From the IMG/VR virus record IMGVR_UViG_3300042291_001013: DNA of 64,000 bases; one strand, 5' to 3'. The notes beneath the pieces are model-generated. The model searched no databases, was not told the DNA's origin, and was given only the letters and a program-made list of their open reading frames with translations. Positions within the stretch are counted from its first letter, which is position 1; each line of letters opens with the position of its first letter. This document shows, piece by piece, positions 31,377 through 39,939 of the stretch. A program made the position numbers and the translations under genes. This DNA is from a virus. Its lineage: Duplodnaviria; Caudoviricetes.

Positions 31377-31407
31377 TTCAAGTTCCTTTGTGTTTCAATA
31401 TGTGTAT

Positions 31408-31436
31408 ATTATAGCAAATTGGGCGTTTTTGGTCAA
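31408..31436 (-). promoter_or_regulatory. Promoter TTGACC-17-TATAAT
   Basis: Direct match. Confidence 0.85.
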
Positions 31437-31663
31437 ATCAGAGCTTTGAATAACCCTACAATGCCAATGGTCAAAGAAATCAGGTTGACCATTAATTGGG
31501 GACGATTTTTAACCCGTGCCGCCCAGATCAAAAACAATACAGTGCCCAGGGCAAATGTCACAATGTTGTAAGGGTAAACTGAGGGTCCGATTGCGTTGAG
31601 AGTATGGCCAGCCACAATTGCTATGGCCCCTGCCCACTGTATTGCTTCATTTGTTTTGTTCAT
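31433..31663 (-). CDS. Small membrane protein, leaderless
   Basis: Hydrophobic segments; ATG 6 nt after TATAAT. Confidence 0.7.
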   Translation of the reverse strand: MNKTNEAIQWAGAIAIVAGHTLNAIGPSVYPYNIVTFALGTVLFLIWAARVKNRPQLMVNLISLTIGIVGLFKALI

Positions 31664-31669
31664 GCCACA

Positions 31670-31698
31670 ATTATAGCATTTTGGGAATAATTGGTCAA
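31670..31698 (-). promoter_or_regulatory. Promoter TTGACC-17-TATAAT
   Basis: Direct match; leaderless ATG follows. Confidence 0.85.
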
Positions 31699-31753
31699 CC
31701 AAAGAAAAGGCCTGCATAGGGCAGGGTTTTTGTAGTACTTGAGTATTAGTTTT

Positions 31754-32701
31754 TTATTTGACTTTTTCGGTAAGTTTGACCCACGTTTTTCCATCGCTAA
31801 TAGCTTGCTGAGCAAAGTTCTTAGGGGTAGGGGCGTTTGGGTCAACTAACCCACGTTGCACTAGCTCATCCACAGACTGTTCGTATGCAAGTGCAACATC
31901 TTCTCTAAGAGTTTTAAGAATTGCAGGCGGGGTTTTTGCTGGTGCAAAAATAGCATAGTTGGTGTGAATATTTGGGAACTGTCTCAGACCCAGTCCAACC
32001 ATGGTTGGGGTATCAGGCAGACTTGGTACCCTACGATCACCTACCACTGCAATTGGTATTAACGTTCCGGCCTTGATGTGTTGTATAACCTGTGCTGGTG
32101 GTGCAAAAATCATGTCAAGATTACCGGCCACTACGTCCAACACAGCAGGCGGAGCAGCCTTGTAAGGTACATGTACGCCCTTGACTCCCAACACATGTAC
32201 AAACCACTCACCATAGATATGGAACGGGCCACCAGTACCAGCACTGCCGTAAGTGAGTCCTTTGTTCTGAGCATATGCCTTGAGCTCCGGCACAGTTTTA
32301 ACATTGAGCTTGGCACTTACTGCCAGTACAAAAGGTGGCGCCGACCCAATGTATGCAACTGGTACCAAGTCAGTTTCCCAATCATAGGGTACCTGATCCA
32401 GTAACACAGATGACGACGCTAAAATATTGGGCTGAGCCGACAATAGCGTGTAGCCATCTGCGTCACTTTTGGCTACAAAATTTGCACCAATGGTTGTTTG
32501 CCCACCAGCTTTGTTTTCAACAATAACCGGTTGCTTCCAGTTAGCTGAAAGCCGTTGGGCTACAATCCTGGCAATAACATCGTTGCCACCTCCGGGTGAT
32601 AGGGGCACAACAATTTTGACTGTTCGATCAGGAAACGCAGTCTGCGCCTGTGCCAATGACACCCCTAGCAGAGCTAGCACAAATAAAATTTTTCTAAACA
32701 T
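31754..32701 (-). CDS. Bug/TctC substrate-binding protein
   Basis: Signal peptide; FPDRTVKIVVPLSPGGGND, ENKAGG, YGSAGTG, HVPYK. Confidence 0.93.
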   Translation of the reverse strand: MFRKILFVLALLGVSLAQAQTAFPDRTVKIVVPLSPGGGNDVIARIVAQRLSANWKQPVIVENKAGGQTTIGANFVAKSDADGYTLLSAQPNILASSSVLLDQVPYDWETDLVPVAYIGSAPPFVLAVSAKLNVKTVPELKAYAQNKGLTYGSAGTGGPFHIYGEWFVHVLGVKGVHVPYKAAPPAVLDVVAGNLDMIFAPPAQVIQHIKAGTLIPIAVVGDRRVPSLPDTPTMVGLGLRQFPNIHTNYAIFAPAKTPPAILKTLREDVALAYEQSVDELVQRGLVDPNAPTPKNFAQQAISDGKTWVKLTEKVK

Positions 32702-32719
32702 GATAAGTTCCTTGTAATA

Positions 32720-33325
32720 TTACATTGTAGGACCGTTGCCGTTCCTAAATCCAATCTCACCACCTTCTGCTGTGATACGCTTATAAACGTCTTCCAACAA
32801 GATAGGTGCAAAATCTGTTTGCTCCACGCATACGCAATGGTAACGCACATCAATTTCGTTACTGTACAATACTGTACCAGTTTTGGCATCAACCCCACGT
32901 GCTCTCTTAACACGGCTGGCATGCAAGTGTCCGTGAATGTTCACACCAAAGCGACCAATGCTGGCCTCATGCACAGGAATGTGACTCAAGATCATGCCGT
33001 TCAACACATGATACGCTCGCAACTCACGAAAGTACTCACGGTACTCGTCATCACGAAAAATGTCATGGTTGCCGCGGATCAATACTTTGTCGCCGTTCAA
33101 GCGAGCCAATGTTTTCAAGGCCTTGCGGTTGATAACAACATCACCCAAGTGGTAAATCTTGTCGCCGGGACGAACAGTATCGTTCCATCGACGGATCATT
33201 TCCTCATCCATCTCATCAGGATCATCCCATGGACGCAACTTCACGGTGTCGTCATCAGGATGTGTAAACTTACACACCCCAGCATGACCAAAGTGCGTGT
33301 CACTGACTAAAAATACTGCTGGCAT
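32720..33325 (-). CDS. Calcineurin-like metallophosphoesterase
   Basis: SDTHFGH, HLGD, GNHD, HGHLH. Confidence 0.9.
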   Translation of the reverse strand: MPAVFLVSDTHFGHAGVCKFTHPDDDTVKLRPWDDPDEMDEEMIRRWNDTVRPGDKIYHLGDVVINRKALKTLARLNGDKVLIRGNHDIFRDDEYREYFRELRAYHVLNGMILSHIPVHEASIGRFGVNIHGHLHASRVKRARGVDAKTGTVLYSNEIDVRYHCVCVEQTDFAPILLEDVYKRITAEGGEIGFRNGNGPTM

Positions 33326-33326
33326 A

Positions 33327-33800
33327 TTATTCTCCTACTATCCAAATTTCTTTAAAACCTTCATCTAACGATGGGGGTTCAAAACCTGTAATCATCTTTT
33401 CCATCACATCTGCTGGAATGTTCTTACCAGGGCGATTTGCCAATCTACGTACCAACTCTTGTGGCCCAGGCACTTTGAATACCACAGCAATGTGTTCGTA
33501 TTGTGAAGGCAACAGTGTGTTAAACTTCTTTTTACGACTTGCTACTGTAGTGCTTGTTTGGTCCCAGATAAAGTCCAAGTTGTTAGCTTGACAAGTCAAC
33601 GCATGGTTCACCATCAAACGAACTGCAATAGGCATGTATTCGTCAAACACTTCACTATATGTTTTACCCTGGCGGTGTGCCTCTATTTCAACATACATAT
33701 CAGTACCAACCACTGGCATACCTAAAGCCCAGATTTGATTTTTAATCCAAGTACTTTTACCCGAGCCCGGGACCCCGATTAATTGATAACACTTGTTCAT
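33327..33800 (-). CDS. P-loop polynucleotide kinase-like protein
   Basis: GVPGSGKST, DQT, RLANR lid; start at 33800 after AAGGAG. Confidence 0.8.
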   Translation of the reverse strand: MNKCYQLIGVPGSGKSTWIKNQIWALGMPVVGTDMYVEIEAHRQGKTYSEVFDEYMPIAVRLMVNHALTCQANNLDFIWDQTSTTVASRKKKFNTLLPSQYEHIAVVFKVPGPQELVRRLANRPGKNIPADVMEKMITGFEPPSLDEGFKEIWIVGE

Positions 33801-34288
33801 ATATCTCCTTCGCGGGCTTTTGGGATCACAAAGCCCCAATCTGTTGTTTCACCATTGATGGTGTGTTTTTCGTCTTCGTCGTAAGTCCAACCCAACACCT
33901 TCATCATCCGGTGCTTGACCAACAAGTTGGGGCTACGGAACGATTCAGTATCCTTGAATCCTAACATCACACCAATCTCACAAACTGCACCTGAACGACA
34001 CACACCTGCATGACAATGCACGATGACATTCATGCGTTGCTCTTGTGCATGTTGCAATAGTCGAACCAGTTCTTGTGCCTGTTCATCTGTGCATTTGCAC
34101 TCGTCAGGGAAAAATTTATCGTCCTGTTCGGCATCCAAGAATTCAAACTGGTGAACTTCGCGGAACTGATACTTGGGTACAGGGAATTCGTATGCAGGAT
34201 CCACAATCTGAATCAGCATGGAATTAACGCCAGGGTCAATATGAAACCCCTGCCGAATGTCACTCATGCTAACGTTTTGAATCCACAT
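33797..34288 (-). CDS. Cysteine (PTP/DSP-like) phosphatase
   Basis: HCHAGVCRS (CX5R). Confidence 0.8.
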   Translation of the reverse strand: MWIQNVSMSDIRQGFHIDPGVNSMLIQIVDPAYEFPVPKYQFREVHQFEFLDAEQDDKFFPDECKCTDEQAQELVRLLQHAQEQRMNVIVHCHAGVCRSGAVCEIGVMLGFKDTESFRSPNLLVKHRMMKVLGWTYDEDEKHTINGETTDWGFVIPKAREGDI

Positions 34289-34310
34289 ACGAAATCTCCA
34301 TTAATGCGTT

Positions 34311-34339
34311 ATTATAGCACTAATGGAGAATTTGGTCAA
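34311..34339 (-). promoter_or_regulatory. Promoter TTGACC-17-TATAAT
   Basis: Direct match upstream of the phosphatase/kinase/phosphoesterase block. Confidence 0.85.
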
Positions 34340-34343
34340 CCGC

Positions 34344-35630
34344 TTAGTATCTATAGGTGTCGGGTTTGTACGGGCCGTCAACTGTGACACCAATATACGC
34401 GGCCTGCTTGAGTGTCATTGCAGTGAGCTCCGCACCAATCTGCTCCAGATGTAGTCGTGCAACTTTTTCATCCAGGTGCTTGGGCAACAGGTACAGTCGA
34501 CCTGTTTCGTATCGACTGGTGTTGGTGTAAAGATCAATTTGTGCCATGACTTGGTTGGTAAAACTGTTACTCATCACAAAGCTGGGATGGCCAGTGCCAC
34601 AACCCAAGTTAACCAGTCTGCCTTCTGCTAGCAAAATAATACGTTTGCCACTGGGGAAAATAACATGGTCCACTTGTGGCTTGATGTTTTCCCACTCACA
34701 GTCCTTGATACCTGCAACATCAATTTCAGTATCAAAGTGACCAATGTTACACACAATAGCATTGTTCTTCATGGCGTCCATGTGTGCGCGAGTGATAACA
34801 TCTACGTTGCCAGTGGCAGTTACAAAGATGTCACACTTGTCTGCCGCGTATTCCATTGTGACCACACGATAACCTTCCATTGCCGCTTGCAGGGCACAGA
34901 TAGGATCTGCTTCTGTAACCCAAACTTGTGCAGAGAGTGCTCGCAGAGCTTGTGCAGAGCCCTTGCCCACGTCTCCATAGCCGGCTACCACTGCAACCTT
35001 ACCGGCAATCATGACGTCAGTGGCACGTTTGATAGCGTCTACAAGACTTTCTCTGCAACCATACAAGTTGTCAAACTTGGTCTTGGTTACAGAATCGTTT
35101 ACATTGATAGCAGGCATCCGCAGTGTGCCAGCCGCAATGCGCTCTAGTAACTTGTGAATACCTGTTGTGGTTTCTTCTGTGACACCTCGGATACCAGGAA
35201 CTAGATCAGGGTGTTTGTCATGGATGTACCCAGTTAAGTCATGTCCATCATCAAGGATCATGTTGGGAGTCCAACCATCTGCACCACGCACAGTCTGCTC
35301 AATGCACCACCAGTATTCCGCTTCTGTTTCGCCCTTCCAAGCAAAAACAGGAATACCTTTTGCAGCCAAAGCAGCCGCGGCTTGGTCTTGTGTGGAGAAG
35401 ATGTTGCAACTACTCCAACGCACACTAGCACCAAGTTCAATTAGTGTTTCGACCAGCACAGCCGTTTGAATGGTCATGTGCAAACTGCCCACAATACGTG
35501 CGCCTGCCAAGGGCTTTGAGCCAGCATACTCACGACGGATTGCCATCAAGCCAGGCATTTCGTGCTCGGCGATAGCAATCTCTTTGCGGCCCCAATCTGC
35601 AAGGCCAATATCTCTAATTTTGTAATCCAT
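34344..35630 (-). CDS. ahcY: Adenosylhomocysteinase (SAH hydrolase)
   Basis: [40 protein letters not shown]; start MDYKI at 35630. Confidence 0.97.
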   Translation of the reverse strand: MDYKIRDIGLADWGRKEIAIAEHEMPGLMAIRREYAGSKPLAGARIVGSLHMTIQTAVLVETLIELGASVRWSSCNIFSTQDQAAAALAAKGIPVFAWKGETEAEYWWCIEQTVRGADGWTPNMILDDGHDLTGYIHDKHPDLVPGIRGVTEETTTGIHKLLERIAAGTLRMPAINVNDSVTKTKFDNLYGCRESLVDAIKRATDVMIAGKVAVVAGYGDVGKGSAQALRALSAQVWVTEADPICALQAAMEGYRVVTMEYAADKCDIFVTATGNVDVITRAHMDAMKNNAIVCNIGHFDTEIDVAGIKDCEWENIKPQVDHVIFPSGKRIILLAEGRLVNLGCGTGHPSFVMSNSFTNQVMAQIDLYTNTSRYETGRLYLLPKHLDEKVARLHLEQIGAELTAMTLKQAAYIGVTVDGPYKPDTYRY

Positions 35631-35631
35631 G

Positions 35632-35895
35632 TTACCTCGATTCTTTGTATCTACGTCGCGGTTCGATATCAATTTCTTTGTACAGATAATCTCTAGTGAC
35701 GTGTCCAGCTTCAATTTCCAGCAGTGCTGTTACTGCATGATTGTGCTTGATAGCACTGGCAATTTTTGGCATATCGCCTCGACCCAATTCTCGCATGCGA
35801 CGAGCGCCTACTAGTACCAAATCGTATCTATTTCCAATTGCTTCCACAGCGAGTTCGCTTGTGAGCCCAGCAGTTTCAGGTGTGGTCATATTCAT
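35632..35895 (-). CDS. rpoZ: RNA polymerase omega subunit homolog
   Basis: [30 protein letters not shown]. Confidence 0.75.
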   Translation of the reverse strand: MNMTTPETAGLTSELAVEAIGNRYDLVLVGARRMRELGRGDMPKIASAIKHNHAVTALLEIEAGHVTRDYLYKEIDIEPRRRYKESR

Positions 35896-36197
35896 GTTAG
35901 ATCCTTAGGGTTGATTAATCCATTACTGTGCTTGTCTTTGATCTTGTCAAGATCTTGGAACAAACGTTTTTCTTGTTGCGTCAATTTATCCTTGTGCGTT
36001 TTGCGAGGATTTCCACACAAATAACATTTTGGATTACCACAATCCATAGCATGGTGTTTGGCCAAGCGATGTGTTTGTTTGATATTGAGCTCATTGAATG
36101 AACTATGACTCTTGGCAATTTTAACTTGCCTTGAAATCGCAACATCAGTTTTGTGGCGTCTACGTGAATTAATAAATTTTGCTAGATCGTTACTCAT
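35892..36197 (-). CDS. Basic hypothetical protein with Cys/His cluster
   Basis: HHAMDCGNPKCYLC; TAAATA 5 nt before ATG 36197. Confidence 0.7.
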   Translation of the reverse strand: MSNDLAKFINSRRRHKTDVAISRQVKIAKSHSSFNELNIKQTHRLAKHHAMDCGNPKCYLCGNPRKTHKDKLTQQEKRLFQDLDKIKDKHSNGLINPKDLT

Positions 36198-36222
36198 ACA
36201 GTTATTTAATTGTGTAGAACTT

Positions 36223-36251
36223 ATTATAGCAAGTTCTACACAAAAGGTCAA
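36223..36251 (-). promoter_or_regulatory. Promoter TTGACC-17-TATAAT
   Basis: Direct match upstream of the rpoZ-ahcY block; TAAATA at 36203-36208. Confidence 0.85.
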
Positions 36252-36754
36252 TTGTTTAGAACACGAGCAACACTAGTAATTACCGCCGCAATTCGCCCAA
36301 TATCGCGAAGTTGTTCTACGGTGTAGCCTTCTGTCTTGAGTGTTTCGTAGTGTGCCTTGACACAGAAATGGCACTTGCCCACAATTGACGCTGCCAAACT
36401 AAATGCTTCAAAATTTGCTTTAGTTGTGCCACCATGACTTGCAATAGCATTCATACGCAACTGCGCTGGCAATCCTTTAAGGGCAGGATCATCTGCCATT
36501 TCAACGTAGGGATACCATACGTTGTTCTGTGCCATGATGCTGGCCGCTGTCATTGCTGACTCTGCGTGAACAGGAGCATCTGCCAACAACACCGCAAGTA
36601 CCTTGCCGTTGCCAGTTGCAGCCAGCGCGGCCACAGCACAACCCATGGCCACATCTGCATCTAGTGTACTACGAAGTAGCACAGCGTCAAGATTTAACTT
36701 GGTGTCTTTTGCGTAGTCTGGCAACGCACCTTTTACTGATTCAATAAAACTCAT
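36248..36754 (-). CDS. ahpD: Alkyl hydroperoxide reductase AhpD (CMD family)
   Basis: LPDYAKDTKLNL, MAQNNVWY, CHFCVKAH. Confidence 0.9.
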   Translation of the reverse strand: MSFIESVKGALPDYAKDTKLNLDAVLLRSTLDADVAMGCAVAALAATGNGKVLAVLLADAPVHAESAMTAASIMAQNNVWYPYVEMADDPALKGLPAQLRMNAIASHGGTTKANFEAFSLAASIVGKCHFCVKAHYETLKTEGYTVEQLRDIGRIAAVITSVARVLNN

Positions 36755-36755
36755 T

Positions 36756-37406
36756 TTAATATTTTCCTGATGCTAATACGATTTGACAAATGTGTTCCAA
36801 TCGTTCAATATGTTCAAATGCTCGCCACGGGCTGGTGTCAATAGCAACAACACCGTGTCCTTTGATGCCCACAATGTCATACTCAATATTACCAGCATCG
36901 TCCAACTGCAAGTTCCTGTGGCACTCATCGCCCAGTTCTTGACTAATTGGGGCCACATCACCAACATTAGGTGCCACCCGAGTATAACGACTGAGTTCTG
37001 GAAAGTCGTTAGCAAGACTACTTAACTCAATGCCACGATGCATGGCAGCAACACAGTAGGTAGGATGTAAGTGAACTACCACCCTAACATCTGTACTGTG
37101 CTGACCCATTGCTCGTTGTAGTCCAAAGTGTAAGGGAATCTCTCCACTAGGCTTTAGATTAGTACTGATGTCTGTGTAGAATTCTTCTTCCCAAGATTTA
37201 GATAGGAAAGGTGGAATGGCACTAATCTTGTCAATCAATTTAATTTTCTTGAACTGATCCGGTTGCATTGTTTGCTTGCGAACGCCACTGGGTGTGATAT
37301 AAAAGTGATCACGGTCGTGATGACGAATACTAACATTGCCATCACGACTGGTAATCCAGTTGCGTCTATATGCTTCGACTAATGTGTCGCATATAGTTTC
37401 TAACAT
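36756..37406 (-). CDS. Class II aldolase/adducin family protein
   Basis: GNVSIR, ITPSG, KPSGE..H, HLHP, GHG. Confidence 0.85.
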   Translation of the reverse strand: MLETICDTLVEAYRRNWITSRDGNVSIRHHDRDHFYITPSGVRKQTMQPDQFKKIKLIDKISAIPPFLSKSWEEEFYTDISTNLKPSGEIPLHFGLQRAMGQHSTDVRVVVHLHPTYCVAAMHRGIELSSLANDFPELSRYTRVAPNVGDVAPISQELGDECHRNLQLDDAGNIEYDIVGIKGHGVVAIDTSPWRAFEHIERLEHICQIVLASGKY

Positions 37407-37963
37407 TACAGAGTCTCGCCACCAACTGTGCGGTTACAAGCACATAGTTCGCCAGTTTGTAACGCATCTAATACACGAAGTGTTTCTTCTGGGCTACGAC
37501 CCACGTTCAAGTTGTTGACAGTAACGTGTTGGATAACGTTGTCTGGGTCAACGATGAATGTAGCACGTAATGCCGCCCCTGCTGGAGCATAGAACACGCC
37601 TAGCTGTGCAATCAAACTCAAGTTGTCGCCAGTTTCTGGATTGTAACGCTGTGTGTCAGCAAACTGGTTGTGTGTGATCTTGATCAAGTCACTGTGGCTC
37701 TTTTGCCATGCTACTTTACAAAACTCATTGTCTGTGCTTCCTGTGAGCAATACTGCATCACGGTCAGCAAAGTCACTTGCTAGTTTGTCATAGGCTACAA
37801 TCTCTGTAGGACAAACGAATGTAAAGTCCTTTGGGTAGTAAACAATTATTTTCCACTTGCCTTCAAATGACTTTTCTGTAATGTCAAAGAAAGCATCTTC
37901 TGGCTGTCCTGGCTTGACACCTGTAACCACAAACGGTTCTAACTTATCACCAACTGTTTTCAT
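37406..37963 (-). CDS. ahpC: Peroxiredoxin
   Basis: YPKDFTFVCPTE, GRSPEE, GELCAC. Confidence 0.95.
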   Translation of the reverse strand: MKTVGDKLEPFVVTGVKPGQPEDAFFDITEKSFEGKWKIIVYYPKDFTFVCPTEIVAYDKLASDFADRDAVLLTGSTDNEFCKVAWQKSHSDLIKITHNQFADTQRYNPETGDNLSLIAQLGVFYAPAGAALRATFIVDPDNVIQHVTVNNLNVGRSPEETLRVLDALQTGELCACNRTVGGETL

Positions 37964-38010
37964 TTATATCTCCTATTAAAAAATGATCATAGTGTTTCTA
38001 CTATGTGTAT

Positions 38011-38039
38011 ATTGTAATAGTATATAGCAATGAAGTCAA
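38011..38039 (-). promoter_or_regulatory. Promoter TTGACT-17-TACAAT
   Basis: Direct match upstream of ahpC. Confidence 0.8.
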
Positions 38040-38092
38040 GCAAAAATCAAGTTTTTCCTATTGATTGTTTCTATGCTGGAGTTTAATAAAAT

Positions 38093-38245
38093 TTATGATG
38101 GTATTAGTTTTGGCAAATACGGAACTGCTCTAGGCCCGTAGCGTGTTTGTAGCAGTAAGCGAGCTTCTTGGGCGGTTTGAGCCCCAACTCGATCTTTAAA
38201 TTCCTTGCCGTCTGATGTGCGTATAGTTGCTTCAAAAAGTTTCAT
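38093..38245 (-). CDS. 50-aa hypothetical protein MKLFEATIRT...
   Basis: TAAATA 5 nt before ATG; the longer track ORF runs into tRNAs. Confidence 0.7.
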   Translation of the reverse strand: MKLFEATIRTSDGKEFKDRVGAQTAQEARLLLQTRYGPRAVPYLPKLIPS

Positions 38246-38257
38246 GCAACTATTTAG

Positions 38258-38332
38258 TGGTAGGCCTTGAGAGGATCGAACTCCCACCGCTTGTTTCGAA
38301 GACAAGCATGATATCCATTTCACCAAAGGCCT
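38258..38332 (-). tRNA. tRNA-Arg(UCG)
   Basis: Cloverleaf; loop CTTCGAA; CCA encoded. Confidence 0.92.
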
Positions 38333-38335
38333 ATG

Positions 38336-38409
38336 TGGTGCTCTCAACAAGAATTGAACTTGTGTTTCATCCTTACCAAGGATGTGTAATGCCATTATAC
38401 TATGAGAGC
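38336..38409 (-). tRNA. tRNA-Thr(GGU)
   Basis: Loop TTGGTAA; CCA. Confidence 0.92.
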
Positions 38410-38413
38410 TAAG

Positions 38414-38487
38414 TGGAGCAGGATACCAGAATCGAACTGGTGACTGGACCTTGGCAAGGTTCTATTTTACCCCTAAACTAATCCTGC
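38414..38487 (-). tRNA. tRNA-Gly(GCC)
   Basis: Loop TTGCCAA; U73-CCA. Confidence 0.9.
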
Positions 38488-38500
38488 AATTTTTTACTTA

Positions 38501-38974
38501 TTAGGCTGCTCGTAGACTTTTGAATCTATCTGCCGCGTATGATGCCGCAAATGCTTCTGGCTTCACAAACGGGATCACATTGCATGTTCCTTTAATGTAG
38601 CCTACAGCTTGTGAAATCACACAGCTTGATCCGTGCATTTCGTTTGGGTTGATGTCCAAGTGAACTTCAACTTCACGGCCTTCTAGCACATCGGCCAGCT
38701 TCAAATACAATTCGCTAACCTTGTATACTTCTGTCATGAGTCGCATGGCCGGCTTGCTTGGTTTTTGATCGTAAACACGTTCTCGGTGTACTTCGCCAAA
38801 CAGTTTGCAACCGTTGTTGCCGTTGATGTGTACCACAATGGCCAGCACATAGTCAGCATACCAAGCACCGTCAATTTTGATTCGTTCCGAGTCGCAGCCA
38901 AGATAGATTCGAGTTTCGGGTGTTTGGGCCCGGATAAACTCTGCTACTTGATTGATGTCTAGTTTTTTCATCAT
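38501..38974 (-). CDS. RNase H-like YkuK (DUF458) family protein
   Basis: IYLGCDS, EVHLDIN, FAASYAAD; start MMKKL at 38974. Confidence 0.8.
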   Translation of the reverse strand: MMKKLDINQVAEFIRAQTPETRIYLGCDSERIKIDGAWYADYVLAIVVHINGNNGCKLFGEVHRERVYDQKPSKPAMRLMTEVYKVSELYLKLADVLEGREVEVHLDINPNEMHGSSCVISQAVGYIKGTCNVIPFVKPEAFAASYAADRFKSLRAA

Positions 38975-39014
38975 TGTCTTTCTATTTAACTCGGGAACCG
39001 TTACAGTTTTATTA

Positions 39015-39094
39015 TGGTACCCCTGCTCAGATTCGAACTGAGAACATATACTCCCTTTTGAGGAGAGTGACTTTACCAATTTGTCCACAGGGGC
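39015..39094 (-). tRNA. tRNA-Leu(CAA), short variable region
   Basis: Loop CTCAAAA; 8-nt variable region. Confidence 0.85.
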
Positions 39095-39109
39095 ACAGCG
39101 TTTGAAATT

Positions 39110-39186
39110 TGGTGCCCCAGGGGAGACTCGAACTCCCAAAATTTGGCTTCTAAGACCAACACGTATACCAATTCCGTCACCGGGGC
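39110..39186 (-). tRNA. tRNA-Leu(UAG), short variable loop
   Basis: Loop CTTAGAA; 5-nt variable loop. Confidence 0.88.
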
Positions 39187-39197
39187 TTAAATACAAT

Positions 39198-39413
39198 ATG
39201 CACGAAAAGGAAAAAATCTATGTTAAAGATCTCTACAGATTGTTCTGTACAGAACTTTACACAACTACCGCAAGTTGGGTAACCGCAAAACACTTTGTGG
39301 CCGACCCTTTGCTGGATCTGAAAAAAGAATTTATTCCTGATGCTACATTGGTACCAGGAGACGGGATCGAACCGCCCACACCTTGTGCTTCAAACAAGTG
39401 CTCTACCAACTGA
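39198..39413 (+). CDS. Possible antisense micro-ORF MHEKEKIY...
   Basis: TAAATA 4 nt before ATG; 3' part overlaps tRNA-Phe in antisense. Confidence 0.35.
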   Translation: MHEKEKIYVKDLYRLFCTELYTTTASWVTAKHFVADPLLDLKKEFIPDATLVPGDGIEPPTPCASNKCSTN

Positions 39414-39424
39414 GCTATCCTGGC
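39349..39424 (-). tRNA. tRNA-Phe(GAA)
   Basis: Loop TTGAAGC. Confidence 0.93.
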
Positions 39425-39430
39425 AATATT

Positions 39431-39505
39431 TGGTACCTGGTCACGGTTTCGAACCGCGGACCCTCTCCGTGTAAAGGAGACGCTCTACCCCTGAGCTAAC
39501 CAGGC
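39431..39505 (-). tRNA. tRNA-Val(UAC)
   Basis: Loop TTTACAC. Confidence 0.93.
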
Positions 39506-39514
39506 AAACTATTT

Positions 39515-39606
39515 TGGCGGAAGACGGAGGAGTCGAACCCCATCCCTGTTAAGAGAACCTGGTTTTCAAGGCCAGTCGCGGGACCAACCCCACTGCATCA
39601 TCTTCC
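39515..39606 (-). tRNA. tRNA-Ser(UGA), probable 8/4 fold
   Basis: Loop CTTGAAA; GGAAGATG/CGTCTTCC acceptor; 4-bp T-stem; long variable arm; G73. Confidence 0.85.
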
Positions 39607-39611
39607 ATATA

Positions 39612-39688
39612 TGGTCGGAATGACACGGTTCGAACGTGCGACCACTGCGTCCCAAACGCAGAGCTCTACCAGGCTGAGCTACATTCCG
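39612..39688 (-). tRNA. tRNA-Pro(UGG)
   Basis: Loop TTTGGGA; C1-G72. Confidence 0.93.
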
Positions 39689-39696
39689 AATTAAAC

Positions 39697-39915
39697 TTAC
39701 TTTAACTTGGGATCAATTGACTTATCAACTTCGTGCGGTTCTGCAAACCTAGGAGTTGGCTGATCCCAATACGCTGGAAAGATCTTCCAGCCAAAACTTT
39801 TCCAGTAACGATGAATGATGTTGTTTATCACAACAACCCCAGCCACGATTACAATTACACCTGTCATTGTTAAAACACTGCCGGCTAAAAATACTGCCGC
39901 TTGATCCATATCCAT
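39697..39915 (-). CDS. Small single-pass membrane protein
   Basis: Hydrophobic N-terminal helix. Confidence 0.65.
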   Translation of the reverse strand: MDMDQAAVFLAGSVLTMTGVIVIVAGVVVINNIIHRYWKSFGWKIFPAYWDQPTPRFAEPHEVDKSIDPKLK

Positions 39916-39939
39916 ATTTGTAAATCCTTTGGAGTTGTG

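Noticed and set aside
35631-35720. SAH riboswitch upstream of ahcY
   Set aside because: This region is rpoZ coding sequence with no free leader.
38975-39196. N-terminal extension of the YkuK ORF (also 38246-38395 and 51155-51412)
   Set aside because: The extensions run through tRNA genes.
39242-39255. Perfect 14-bp palindrome GTTCTGTACAGAAC
   Set aside because: About 4 such palindromes are expected by chance in 64 kb (64000/4^7); not repeated.
39515-39606. tRNA-Sec (selC-like ends)
   Set aside because: The anticodon loop CTTGAAA gives UGA (Ser), not UCA; no sel genes or in-frame UGA recoding seen.
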